The notes under the pieces were generated by a model, which was given only the letters and a program-made list of their open reading frames with translations, ran no database searches and was not told where the DNA came from. A DNA stretch of 64,000 bases from Candidatus Bathyarchaeota archaeon (lineage in GTDB: Archaea > Thermoproteota > Bathyarchaeia > TCS64), in assembly GCA_963769425.1 (NCBI GenBank), contig CAVYLP010000006.1:608001-672000 (forward strand). Reading direction: 5' to 3'. Shown one piece after another: positions 27,756-37,239 of this stretch (the stretch's first letter is position 1; every line of letters starts with the position of its first letter). The position numbers and the translations under genes are program-made.

Positions 27756-28904
27756 ATGGAAGTTACCTTAACATGGTGGTTGATGTTCCACGCCGCGATA
27801 GCGGTCATGCTCCTGATCGACCTCTTCACAAGTAAGGGGAAGGGGAAACTCACCCTCAAGCGTGACATACTCTTCAGCATAATCTGGATCGGCATCGGCC
27901 TCGCCTTCGGCGCGATCATCTTCTTAGAGTTCGGTTCCGAGGAGGGGCTGAAGTACATCACGGCATACGTGACGGAGAAGGCACTCAGCATAGACAACCT
28001 CTTCGTCTTCATAGTCATCTTCACCTACTTCGCCGTACCCTTCGAGAGGCAGCACAAGACCCTGTTCTACGGTATCATCGGCGCCATACTCTTCAGGGGC
28101 GTATTCATCTACGTCGGCGTCGAGCTTATCGAGAGGTTCCACTTCGTCGTCTACATCTTCGGGGCCGTCCTCCTCTACTCGGCTTACAAGCTCCTCAAGG
28201 GGAAGATCGGGGAGTCCAACCCAGCTGAGAACCCCATAGTGAAGTTCGTGAGGAGGTTCCTACCGGTCTGCGAGGACTACGACGGTGACAAGTTCTTCTC
28301 GAAGGTCAACGGGGCGTTGATGTGCACCCCCCTCATCGTGGTTCTCCTCGTCATTGAGACGACGGACATTCTGTTTGCACTCGATTCGGTTCCGGCAGTC
28401 CTGACTATAACGGGCGAGTTCTTCACAGCGTACACGAGCAACATCATGGCGATCCTCGGCCTACGCGCCCTCTACTTCGTCGTCGCCCACGCCATGGGTG
28501 AGCTCAAGTACCTCGACAAGGGCCTCGCCATCGTCCTCGCCTACCTTGGCGTGAAGACCTTCGCGGGCTTCTTCGGGTTCGAGGTCCCGACGCTCTGGAA
28601 CATGGCGATAATACTCGGCACGATCGCCCTCTTCATAGTCCTGTCCCTCGTCTACAAGGACAAGAAGGGAAATAAGGCAGGCAGCAGCGGCCGCCTAGAC
28701 GATTATTATCTAATACCGTTTCTTATGACTGAGCTGGAAAAGTATTATGGCGGGTTCGGAGGGATTCGGACCCTCGGCCAACGGCTTAAGAGGCCGCCGC
28801 TCTACCTTGCTGAGCTACGAACCCGGTCGCCAACACTCATGCAAGCGTCTAAATTTAAACGTTTCAGCCCGGGTGGGCTGTTAAAAGGTGGAAGGGTCAC
28901 TTGA
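27756..28904 (+). CDS. TerC/Alx family membrane protein (3' end uncertain)
   Basis: EKALSIDNLFVF, LFYGIIGAILFRGVFI, DILFALDSVPAV, TSNIMAILGLRALYF; recognisable TerC sequence ends about 28670. Confidence 0.88.
   Translation: MEVTLTWWLMFHAAIAVMLLIDLFTSKGKGKLTLKRDILFSIIWIGIGLAFGAIIFLEFGSEEGLKYITAYVTEKALSIDNLFVFIVIFTYFAVPFERQHKTLFYGIIGAILFRGVFIYVGVELIERFHFVVYIFGAVLLYSAYKLLKGKIGESNPAENPIVKFVRRFLPVCEDYDGDKFFSKVNGALMCTPLIVVLLVIETTDILFALDSVPAVLTITGEFFTAYTSNIMAILGLRALYFVVAHAMGELKYLDKGLAIVLAYLGVKTFAGFFGFEVPTLWNMAIILGTIALFIVLSLVYKDKKGNKAGSSGRLDDYYLIPFLMTELEKYYGGFGGIRTLGQRLKRPPLYLAELRTRSPTLMQASKFKRFSPGGLLKGGRVT
28748..28824 (-). tRNA. tRNA-Lys (CTT)
   Basis: Cloverleaf: acceptor GGGTTCG/CGAACCC, anticodon arm GCGGC-CT CTT AA-GCCGT, T arm GAGGG/CCCTC, encoded CCA. 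Confidence 0.93.
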
Positions 28905-29244
28905 TCAGCTTGACCTTTGAGGGCTCGACGCCTTCGGCGACTAGCTGCGAGAGGGTCTTCGCCTCACCGCCCGCGGCCTTGATCTTCTCCTTGGCCTCGT
29001 CGCTGAAGGAGAAGGCTGCGACGGTTACGGGGTGCTCGAGTGCACCGGATGAGAGGACCTTGCCGGGTACGGCGGCTATCTCACCCTCCTTGGTGAGCCT
29101 GTTTATTCTGCTCAGGTTTACGTCTACCCTGATCCTCTTCGGCTTGTCGAGCTCCTCGGCGAGGGCGCCCCAGATAGGCTGACCCGTCTTCTTCTTCGCC
29201 GTTTTTAGCTCCCTTATGGTCTTCTCAAGTTCACTGTTCATCAT
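28897..29244 (-). CDS. rpl18e: 50S ribosomal protein L18e
   Basis: IWGALAEEL, VNLSRINR, VPGKVLSSG, VTVAAFSFS..AKEKI. Confidence 0.95.
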   Translation of the reverse strand: MMNSELEKTIRELKTAKKKTGQPIWGALAEELDKPKRIRVDVNLSRINRLTKEGEIAAVPGKVLSSGALEHPVTVAAFSFSDEAKEKIKAAGGEAKTLSQLVAEGVEPSKVKLIK

Positions 29245-30181
29245 ATGTTGGTTCACTTCCTGGTCCTGCTCCTCCGCCTCCGCCTTCCTCACCCTCTTCC
29301 TCCTCCTCGAACTCGCCGGAGCCGATGCTGTAGAGGCGGCGGCCCACTTCTGTGGGTGCCTCGAAGTCCTCGATCTCCTCGTGGAGCTCGCCCGCGTCTA
29401 CCTTGCGTTTGAGTTCCTCGAGCTTCGCGTTGAGGATCTTCACTGCCTCGGTTACTATCTTCTCCGGTGGGAGTGCGCCTGTGGATTCGACCGTGAAGAC
29501 GAACTCGTCCATCTTCATGTGGTCCTTGAGGGTTCCTTCCTTTAGGAGGCTGGTGCATGTTGGGCTGCGGTTAAAGGCTTGGATGTCCACGACCTTGATT
29601 GCGTCCTTCCTTGATAGCACGACGCCCCTCGGCGCCTCTTCGAGGCACTTGGCCGCGGTCGCGGCGTCGGTCTTGAACTCTGCGACGTTGTGGTAGATCG
29701 CCATCGCGACTGGGCTCCATTTAGTGTGGAAGCGCCCCTTCCCGAGCTGGGCGTACGCCTCGAGGCTTATCGACTGACCCGCGGCCAGCTTCGCCAAGGG
29801 GATGTATGGGCTCACCGGGGTCACGGCGGGGTCTACGGGTTGTAGGTCGCCCGAGTAGACGGTCTTCTTCTCGTCCTCCGCCTTTACGCTGAGGCTGAGG
29901 GTCACGCGACACTTGGGGCAGCCGAGGTCGGCCTTGCAGTCGCACTCCGACGGCAGCCTGTAGTGCTCTAGGTCGGTCTTGAGTGGCACGAGCCCAATGC
30001 GATGGGCGAGCACCTCGTCTGGTACGACGCTGGTGTTGTCGTAGTAGAAGATGTCCTCTATGGCCATGGTTGGGACTTCGCTGATCATGGTCCTGCGCAG
30101 TGCGTTGGCGAAGGCGCTGTCTATGCCGTCCGCTATGAAGCGGATTGTGTCCTCGTTTACGCTTAGCACCGTTACCTTCAT
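29231..30181 (-). CDS. rpoD: DNA-directed RNA polymerase subunit D (Rpo3)
   Basis: FANALRRTMISEVPTMAIE, NTSVVPDEVLAHRIGLVPL, HTKWSP, FTVESTGALPP. Confidence 0.96.
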   Translation of the reverse strand: MKVTVLSVNEDTIRFIADGIDSAFANALRRTMISEVPTMAIEDIFYYDNTSVVPDEVLAHRIGLVPLKTDLEHYRLPSECDCKADLGCPKCRVTLSLSVKAEDEKKTVYSGDLQPVDPAVTPVSPYIPLAKLAAGQSISLEAYAQLGKGRFHTKWSPVAMAIYHNVAEFKTDAATAAKCLEEAPRGVVLSRKDAIKVVDIQAFNRSPTCTSLLKEGTLKDHMKMDEFVFTVESTGALPPEKIVTEAVKILNAKLEELKRKVDAGELHEEIEDFEAPTEVGRRLYSIGSGEFEEEEEGEEGGGGGAGPGSEPTYDEQ

Positions 30182-30196
30182 TGCAGCACCACCAGC

Positions 30197-30661
30197 TTAC
30201 GGCCTTCTGCCTCTCCTTCCTCCGGGCTTTCTCGTGCCATCGTGGGGGACGGGGGTGACCTCTTCGATGCGACCGATCCTGAACCCGCTTCGGGCGAGGA
30301 TACGGATCGCGGCTTGCGCGCCTGGGCCGGGGGTCTTGGACCCGCTGCCTCCGGGTGCGCGTACCTTGATGTGTATGCCTGTGATGCCCTTGTCGCGGCC
30401 CCAGTCGGCTATCTGCTGTGCGGCCTTCATCGCGGCGTAGGGGCTCGGCTTGAGCCTGTCTGCCTTGACGAACATGCCACCGGTGGCGAAGCCGAAGGTC
30501 TCGGCGCCGGTGAGGTCCGTCATGTGGATGATCGTGTTGTTGAAGCTGCTGAACACGTGGACTATCGCCCACTTATCACCAGCTGGCGGAGGCGTCGTGA
30601 CCGGCGTCGGCGCTGGTGTTGCGTCTGGGCTCGGCGTCGGTGGCGTGGTTTCGTTACTCAA
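30197..30661 (-). CDS. rps11: 30S ribosomal protein S11
   Basis: [46 protein letters not shown]. Confidence 0.97.
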   Translation of the reverse strand: MSNETTPPTPSPDATPAPTPVTTPPPAGDKWAIVHVFSSFNNTIIHMTDLTGAETFGFATGGMFVKADRLKPSPYAAMKAAQQIADWGRDKGITGIHIKVRAPGGSGSKTPGPGAQAAIRILARSGFRIGRIEEVTPVPHDGTRKPGGRRGRRP

Positions 30662-31205
30662 CCTTGTTTCCTCCAGCGATTTCGTTCACCATCATCTCCC
30701 TGCGGAGCGGGTGATCCTTGTTGCTGTACGGGCTCACGTCTGTGAAGTCGATGGTTTTCTCGTCGTCAATCAGGACGTGGTAGCCGGGGACCCTGACCTC
30801 CTTCCCGGAGATGCTGATGTGGCCGTGTGCGATGAGCTGTCTCGCCTGCCAGAGGCTCTTGACCATTCCTTTCCTGAAGATGAAGGTCTGGAGCCTGCGC
30901 TCCATGAGGTCCTCGATGCTCAGGGTAAGGATGTCGTCGAGCGTGCCGTTTTCCTGGACGAGCCCCATCTTGTGGAGCTTGCCGATCATCTCCTTCTCCT
31001 GTTTTTCGCGCTCCGTCGCCGTCTGGGCGAGTAGGCCACGGGCCCTGCGGCGTAGGGTACTGAGCTTGGTCCTCGCGCGCCAGAGCTCGCGCTTGTTGCG
31101 TAGCCCGTATGCGCCGAGGAGCTTCAGCTCCTCCATGAACATCTCCGTGTCGTATGGGACACGAGGAGTCGTGTATGATTTATGCTGCTTCTTTGGATCT
31201 CCCAT
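30654..31205 (-). CDS. rps4: 30S ribosomal protein S4
   Basis: [34 protein letters not shown]. Confidence 0.97.
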   Translation of the reverse strand: MGDPKKQHKSYTTPRVPYDTEMFMEELKLLGAYGLRNKRELWRARTKLSTLRRRARGLLAQTATEREKQEKEMIGKLHKMGLVQENGTLDDILTLSIEDLMERRLQTFIFRKGMVKSLWQARQLIAHGHISISGKEVRVPGYHVLIDDEKTIDFTDVSPYSNKDHPLRREMMVNEIAGGNKVE

Positions 31206-31209
31206 GCTC

Positions 31210-31689
31210 CTACTCCTCCTTCTTCGCCGCGGCCGGCTGCTGCAGCTGCTTCTTGGTGACGCCTACGCTGCGGCCCTTCCTCGCCGTGGTCTTCGTGTGC
31301 TGTCCACGGACCTTGATGCCGCGTGCGTGGCGTTCTCCCTTCCAGCTCCGGGTTTCCCTCATGAGCTCGAGTTCGTCCTTGGTCCTGATGTCCAAGTCGG
31401 AGGCGAGCAGGTGGTGGTCACCACCCGTTATGGGATCCTTCCTATGATTGAGCATCCACTTGGGCAACCCCACCTTTACGGGGTCTTCAAGTGCTTCCTC
31501 CAGACGCTTTACCTCCGCGTCGGAGAGGCTCCCCAACCTGTGGGTCGGATCTACGCCTACCGCCTTGGTCAAGGATAAGGCCATGCGTATGCCCATCCCC
31601 TTGATGTCGGAGACGGCGTACGGGACCGCCTTCGTACCGTCGAGGTTCGTCCCGTGCAGCCTTACTATATAGTTGAATTCCCTTGACAC
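31210..31689 (-). CDS. rps13: 30S ribosomal protein S13
   Basis: IVRLHGTNLDG, PKWMLNHRKD, GIKVRGQHTKTTARKG. Confidence 0.97.
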   Translation of the reverse strand: MSREFNYIVRLHGTNLDGTKAVPYAVSDIKGMGIRMALSLTKAVGVDPTHRLGSLSDAEVKRLEEALEDPVKVGLPKWMLNHRKDPITGGDHHLLASDLDIRTKDELELMRETRSWKGERHARGIKVRGQHTKTTARKGRSVGVTKKQLQQPAAAKKEE

Positions 31690-31833
31690 TGCGGAAATCT
31701 CCCGACAGTTTGTAACTGTTGAACATAAAAACGTTGCCTAAAATTGTCTCTTTATACTTAAGGGCGTGACCTGCTACCCAGGCGTGTGATCGAGGTGGCG
31801 TTAGGGGACAAAAATGGATGGCTGCGATGATGT

Positions 31834-32916
31834 TTAGACGCCTGAGACGTTTCGGTGAACCGTGACTGAACCGTTGCTCGTCTCGACATTCACGGAAATC
31901 TTGGTTTGAGCGGAGTCGTATCCAACTGTTTGGCCCGCTTTGGACGTTCTCGTGTCCTTTGAGTAGGTGAAGTTGGGTATGCTGAAGGTCACGTCGCCGT
32001 TGCTCGTGGAGGCGTCGAGCCTGTACTCAGCTGTGGAGCCTACCGTCACGTCGGCATTACCGTTGCTGGTTTGGAAACTGTATGTCCCGCTAATAGTGGA
32101 GGGGATCTGGATTGTGAGTGGACCGTTGCTTGTTTCGAGATCGCAGTTCGTGGCGTCTAATGTGCCCGTGATGGGTCCGTTGGATGTGCTGCCCCTAAGG
32201 GTGTCCGCCTTCACATTGTCTAGGCGTAGGGCACCGTTGCTCGTATGGATTGTCACACTTCCGCCGTTAACGTTACTGACGGTCACTATTCCATTGCTAG
32301 TAGTCAGGTCGAGATCGAGCTTGGCGTTAGCGGGGAGTTTCACCTCTACGTTGATCTGATAGGGATTGTTGATGAGGATAGGTGAGTTGTAGACGAGTGT
32401 GAGGCTCTGCTGAGAGGCGGTCTCCACTTTGGCGAGATCCTTGCCGAGGTTGGCAAGGTTATCATCCGCCTCCTTCTGCGTTGTTCCCCGCGCCGTGATT
32501 GTTGATACTATGCTATACTCCTGCTTGTCCCAGGTGGTGAGGGTTATCTCACCATTCATCGCACCCAGTCTAAGATATACGGAGTCGGGAGTGGACGCAC
32601 CGGTGTAGGTCTTCACGTCGGTTGTAGAATAGGGAAGAAAACCGTTGTTGACCCCTATTACACCTGTGAAGAAACTTATGCCCTGAGTGAGGAAGAGGGC
32701 GAAGATGAGACCGCCCGCGAGGCCCCCCACTATCCTGTGTAGGCCCAACCCAGGACTCACGGCTCGGATGACCGCTGATAGAACTATGGCTACGCCTAGG
32801 ATGATGAGGACCCAGGCAGCATTGTTTAAGGTCAGATTGAACTCCCTGAACAATAGGTATCCGAGCCCGAGACCGAGCAGGAACCCACCGAAGCCAATCG
32901 CTCCTCTATTACTCAT
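31834..32916 (-). CDS. Membrane-anchored DUF4097 (adhesin-like beta-repeat) protein
   Basis: Three N-terminal TM segments followed by about seven TSNG-containing repeats. Confidence 0.85.
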   Translation of the reverse strand: MSNRGAIGFGGFLLGLGLGYLLFREFNLTLNNAAWVLIILGVAIVLSAVIRAVSPGLGLHRIVGGLAGGLIFALFLTQGISFFTGVIGVNNGFLPYSTTDVKTYTGASTPDSVYLRLGAMNGEITLTTWDKQEYSIVSTITARGTTQKEADDNLANLGKDLAKVETASQQSLTLVYNSPILINNPYQINVEVKLPANAKLDLDLTTSNGIVTVSNVNGGSVTIHTSNGALRLDNVKADTLRGSTSNGPITGTLDATNCDLETSNGPLTIQIPSTISGTYSFQTSNGNADVTVGSTAEYRLDASTSNGDVTFSIPNFTYSKDTRTSKAGQTVGYDSAQTKISVNVETSNGSVTVHRNVSGV

Positions 32917-33219
32917 GTTTATTCGCCGCCGTTGAGACTCGCGGCGAGAGATAAAACGATATCTGAATGTGAGCCGGGGGTAAATACACGGGGATTCTTC
33001 GACAATGTGTGTTCTCTGAAAAATTCTTTTACAGAAGCCCTTATCTGGATCTCCTTTGGCTATGTGAACTCACACTTCTATAATAGATGCCGAATGGGCA
33101 TACAGAGCACTTTGACGAGACTTCGACTTGGAGATTCCAATCGTTTTCTCAGTAATCCATCGAGTCATTCCTTATCCTCCCTCCTCTCAACCTTAAAGAT
33201 GCATAACTTCAATTGACTA

Positions 33220-33360
33220 CACCACAGACTATCGGTCAGGGTGTTTCAGGTTCCGTCTCATCCTCACGAAGTCCTTCTGCGTCTCCGAGTCCTCCTTCCC
33301 CCCGCTGAGCCAAGTCTTCAGCCTCCTCCGCTCAATCTCTGTGAAGACGTATTTTCTCAA
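33220..33360 (-). pseudogene. Degraded small-gene remnant (boundaries approximate)
   Basis: TTG-RKYVFTEIERRRLKTWLS, then frameshift to EDSETQKDFVRMRRNLK. Confidence 0.35.
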
Positions 33361-33418
33361 ACGAACACTCTCCGTGTATACCCTGCAGCGGCGTTCCGAC
33401 TCCGTGTGGCAGGGTTCC

Positions 33419-33517
33419 GATTCCTAGTAGCGGTGGGTGCGATTCCTAGTAGGGTGGAGTGGATTCCTAGTAGGGTGGTATAACGTTTTTTCACTGTCTG
33501 TATTCCTAGCAGCGGCG
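33419..33517 (+). repeat. Tandem direct repeats, unit GATTCCTAGTAG(C)GGTGG, 21-22 bp period
   Basis: Copies start at 33419, 33441 and 33462; degenerate copy TATTCCTAGCAGCGGCG at 33501. Confidence 0.85.
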
Positions 33518-33809
33518 TAAAGATATCGTGCATTCAGAATTTACTCCAGTCAGTCGCTGCGCCAGTAGAGGTACGCCTTGCTCTGCCCGAGATCGAGGTT
33601 CTGCAGGCATTTAGCGAGTCGCTCGGGGGTCTTGCCTTCAGCCAAGGTCTCCATCTCGGCTGTACATGATCTCTGTCCCTCGGTTCCCAGTGAGGAGGAT
33701 ACAGCGATTTTCAACGTTTCCGGAGGCTATTTGTAAGAGTGCGTAAAATAATGGACCTATTTTAGAGGGGGAAGAAGAGGGTTATCCGCTTGGTTCTGGT
33801 CCAGTCACT

Positions 33810-34055
33810 CTATGGGTTTCGAATTGGCTCGCCGTAGGTGATCAACGTGATTGTGCTCTTCACGTTGTCGAGGCGTCGTATCCTGTTGAAGACGACCTCC
33901 TTCACCTTCTCCATTGTCTCGGCCTCAACCTCGACTATGATGTCGTAGATGCCGTAGAGACTATAGATGTTCTTGATCTCCTTGGCGCCCTTCATCGCCT
34001 GGATGACCTCCGGCTCCTTTCCCAGCTCGGTGTTCAAGAGAACGTATGCCTTCAA
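33810..34055 (-). CDS. Stand-alone Lrp/AsnC ligand-binding (RAM) domain protein
   Basis: KAYVLLNTELG, LYGIYDIIVEVE, IRRLDNVKSTITLI; no HTH. Confidence 0.9.
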   Translation of the reverse strand: MKAYVLLNTELGKEPEVIQAMKGAKEIKNIYSLYGIYDIIVEVEAETMEKVKEVVFNRIRRLDNVKSTITLITYGEPIRNP

Positions 34056-34185
34056 GGTCCTTCGATAGGAGCTTATCCTCTGTACTATTTCAATCTCGCC
34101 ATGCCGTTCTGGGTTTTAGAACGACTGTTCGGTTCCCTAGGATTATGCCTGTGGCTTGAGCACAATATTACAGGTGTATAATGTA

Positions 34186-34281
34186 ATGAGAAAGGGTCTC
34201 GCCAAGCTGGTCATCGTGCTGGGAGGAATGTGCCTACCAGCCACCTTGATCTTCGCCTGGCAGATGATGCAGACGCTCTAG
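34186..34281 (+). CDS. Putative 31-aa single-TM small protein
   Basis: Manually read ORF MRKGLAKLVIVLGGMCLPATLIFAWQMMQTL. Confidence 0.4.
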   Translation: MRKGLAKLVIVLGGMCLPATLIFAWQMMQTL

Positions 34282-34409
34282 GAAACGTAGCCCAAAAACA
34301 GGGGAGGATGTAACCCATTGGAGCCAAAAAATGAGTCCATTCGTAGAAAGAGACTCATACGGTTCCGTTTGTCTACGATAATATGCAAAAACGTGCACTT
34401 TATGCAACT

Positions 34410-35257
34410 TTAAGTGGCATTTGGTTTCGTGGGGCGACTTTTCAGCTTCTCGTAGACGAGGGATACGTCACTAAGACTGATCCTCGCGACCCTCTCCTCA
34501 AGAATCGCTTCGCTTAGGCTGAGTTCATCGACGACCTCCTTAGCCCCCCTCTTCGTCGACGGGTAACCCATCGACGATGCGGTTATCATCGCCTCCCTCA
34601 GAGCGTTCCCCATCTTCTTGTCGCCCTGGCGGAGCACCGCCCTCATCACAGCCTCGAAAGGCCTCGAGCTCAACCTTGGGTCTGAGAACAATTATTGAGG
34701 TCGCCGTCTTTGGCTCCGGGTGATATGCCTCCGATTTGACCTCCGATACCACCTCGACTTCGTAGAAGAGTCGTGCTTCCAGGCTCAGCTTGGTGTAGCC
34801 CGGTTCATCCCGGTTGGCCATTAATGTCTTCACCAGCGTCGACGGGAGGACCAGTGAGGCCGCCCTGAACTTGAGCCTCTCAAGCCTGTGGATGAGTGCC
34901 TCCGTTATGGCGTATGGGGGGTTCGAGACCAGCACGTCGAAGGCCGGAAGGTAGATCGTTAGCGCATCCCCCAGCACCACCTCGACGTTAGCCACGCCGG
35001 AGAATCTCTCCCTGAGAAGAGGGATAAATTTCTGATTCTTCTCGATGGCGATGACCTTCGAGGCCCGACCCGCTGAGCCCGGTGGTTATGTTGCCGGCCC
35101 CAGGGCCTATCTCCAGAACCGTGTCGGTTGGCTTTATCCCCGACGCCTCGATGAGGGCGTCGATGACCTCGGGATCGATGAGCTGCTGCTCATCGAGGGT
35201 GGCCTCAGCCGTCAACCCGAAGCGATCCAGCAGCCCGAGGGTTTGGTCTCTCAGCAC
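34410..35257 (-). CDS. rsmA: 16S rRNA adenine dimethyltransferase (KsgA/Dim1), two frameshifts
   Basis: VLEIGPGAGNIT, GDAL, VSNPPYAIT, YTKLS, YHPEPK across three frames. Confidence 0.8.
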
Positions 35258-35270
35258 CTATGCGCACCGG

Positions 35271-36015
35271 CTAGAGGAGGTATCGAGGCTCGCCCTTAAT
35301 GCTCTTCACGAGCTCGGCGGCGGCCTCTACGTCCTCGTCCATCCCCTCGATGAGGAGGCGTACGCTCCCCTCCGCGCCGGCGACTCCACCAGCGGCGATG
35401 AGGGTCGTCTGGACGCCGCAGAGGACCTCGAGACGCCTCGATCTCGGTGAAGATGATGCCAGTTAACGGCCAGATCGTCGGTCCCTCGTTGTCGGGGTCC
35501 ATGGTGAGCATGTGTAGCTCGTTCATGTCCTCGTAGACGAGTTTCTCGAGGCCGATGGGAATGAGGAGTGTGATCTTCTTGCCGATGATCGAACCGAGGA
35601 CGGCGCCTACTGTTCCGCCGTCTCCGCCTGCGATGAGTACACCCGCCATCTGACCGACATAGTCGAGGGCGTTGGCGCCCTTGATGTAGACATCGCCCTT
35701 ACCCATCACCTTGACAGCGTTGTAGCGGTCGTACTCTTTGGCGATCTCGCCTTTCTTGAAGACGGCGTCGGGGATGGGCTCGCCCTGCTTCTCGGGAGAC
35801 TTCTCTGGGACTTGCGGAGTTGTGATGCCGCTGCGGTACCTTCTAAGGTCGAACTTCTCGCCCTTGAGCTCCTGTAGGATGTAGGCGTTCGTTGTGCCTG
35901 TTGCGACGACGACCATCCCTGCCTCCATCGCTCCCTGAACCTCGGGCAGGGCAGCGACGCCCTTCGCTATCAGCCTCTTTGACTCAGCCACGGTGAGAAT
36001 AACCTGCTTCTTCAT
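35271..36015 (-). CDS. Conserved hypothetical protein (frameshift near 35430)
   Basis: LTVAESKRLIAKG, GTTNAY, KGANALD, GGTVG, PIGLEKL; C-terminus AAGGVAGAEGSV..IKGEPRYLL in another frame. Confidence 0.75.
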
Positions 36016-36093
36016 TGCTTTTCACTAGCACCCTGAGCCCTGTAGATAAAAAGGAATTCCCGTGGGAACCCCTATAACGCCGACGCCGGAGAT

Positions 36094-37239
36094 ATGCCTC
36101 GTCGGGAGATGTTCGAGGACCCAATAGGCAGGATAAACAGGAACCTCGATGCCTGGGAGGCGGGGCTAAAGGACCCAAAGGCAGCGCAGGAGAAGGTGCT
36201 ACATGATCTCCTCGAGGGGTACTCGAAGACCGAGTACGGCAGAAGCCACGGAGTTGCAGAAATATCGACAATCGAAGAATATCGAAGGCGCTTCCCATCC
36301 GTAACCTACGCCGACTTGGAGCCGTGGTTCGAGAGGGTCAGAACCGAGGGCCATGGAGTGTTCCTCGACGAGGAGCCAATTACCTGGGTAATGACGAGAG
36401 GGACGACCGGACAGTCGAAGGTTGTCCCGGTTACCCCGCGCCACCTGCAGGACCTCATCAGGTGCGGCTCAAGGGGGGTCCTCAACTTCGCCATGCGTAA
36501 CGGCGGCATCTCCCTCCTAGCTGGAGGCGTCCTCAACCTCCAGTTCCCGAGCAACATGCGCGTCCTCACCCAGGGGGGCAAGGAGGTCGTCTACGGCTTC
36601 AGCTCCGGGACATACGCGAAACTCAACCCGATGATGGCCGGGCTCGGATTGGTCCCACGACAGGAGGAGATTGACGCCCTACAGACCGACCTCACCCCCG
36701 AGGGCTGGGAGAAGCGCTACGAGTTCATCTACCAGAAGGCGAAGGAGAGGGACTTCGTCAGCATCATCGGCGTAGCCCCCGTTCAGACCGGCTTCGCTAG
36801 ATACGTCAAGAAGAAACACAACATCTACCCACAAGACCTATGGAAACTCAAGGTCATCTACAGCACCAGCGTCGCTAAGATACAGCAGAACTACGCCCCC
36901 AAGCTGAGGGCGATGTACGGCGATGTACCCGTCGTCGAGATGTACACGGCCACGGAGGGGGCCTTCGCCCAGCAGAGGGATGAATTACCATACGTCTGCC
37001 CCAACTACGATGTCTACCTCTTCGAGGTTGAGACGGGCTCGGGCGTCAAGATGCTGCACGAGATGGAGCGAGGGGAGTGGGGGAGGATAATCATCTCGAC
37101 GGCCATGCTCCCCCGATACCGCCAAGGCGACCTGATCGAGGCGATGGGCAAGAACTACTTCCGAGTCTTCGGACGCGACAAGTGGAGCGTGGTGCTCGAG
37201 CATCGTCTATGGAAAATATTTGTCGGCTGGGCAGTCTAG
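36094..37239 (+). CDS. GH3 family (auxin-responsive-like) adenylate-forming protein
   Basis: TEYGR, TYADLEPW, TRGTTGQSKVVP, EMYTATEG, RYRQGDLI. Confidence 0.85.
   Translation: MPRREMFEDPIGRINRNLDAWEAGLKDPKAAQEKVLHDLLEGYSKTEYGRSHGVAEISTIEEYRRRFPSVTYADLEPWFERVRTEGHGVFLDEEPITWVMTRGTTGQSKVVPVTPRHLQDLIRCGSRGVLNFAMRNGGISLLAGGVLNLQFPSNMRVLTQGGKEVVYGFSSGTYAKLNPMMAGLGLVPRQEEIDALQTDLTPEGWEKRYEFIYQKAKERDFVSIIGVAPVQTGFARYVKKKHNIYPQDLWKLKVIYSTSVAKIQQNYAPKLRAMYGDVPVVEMYTATEGAFAQQRDELPYVCPNYDVYLFEVETGSGVKMLHEMERGEWGRIIISTAMLPRYRQGDLIEAMGKNYFRVFGRDKWSVVLEHRLWKIFVGWAV

Noticed and set aside
30570-30661. Pro/Thr-rich N-terminal extension of S11
   Set aside because: Variable low-complexity N-termini are common in S11 and nothing suggests a special function
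32932-33483. Plus-strand ORFs 32932-33216 and 33241-33483
   Set aside because: Atypical composition; the second simply translates the repeat array, and the coding-like fragments are on the minus strand
33419-33517. Possible mini-CRISPR array
   Set aside because: The period is 21-22 bp with only a few nucleotides between units, and there are no cas genes
33419-33517. Possible archaeal ORB replication origin
   Set aside because: The unit does not match the TCCAGTGGAAAC...GGGG ORB pattern and there is no cdc6/orc1 in the window
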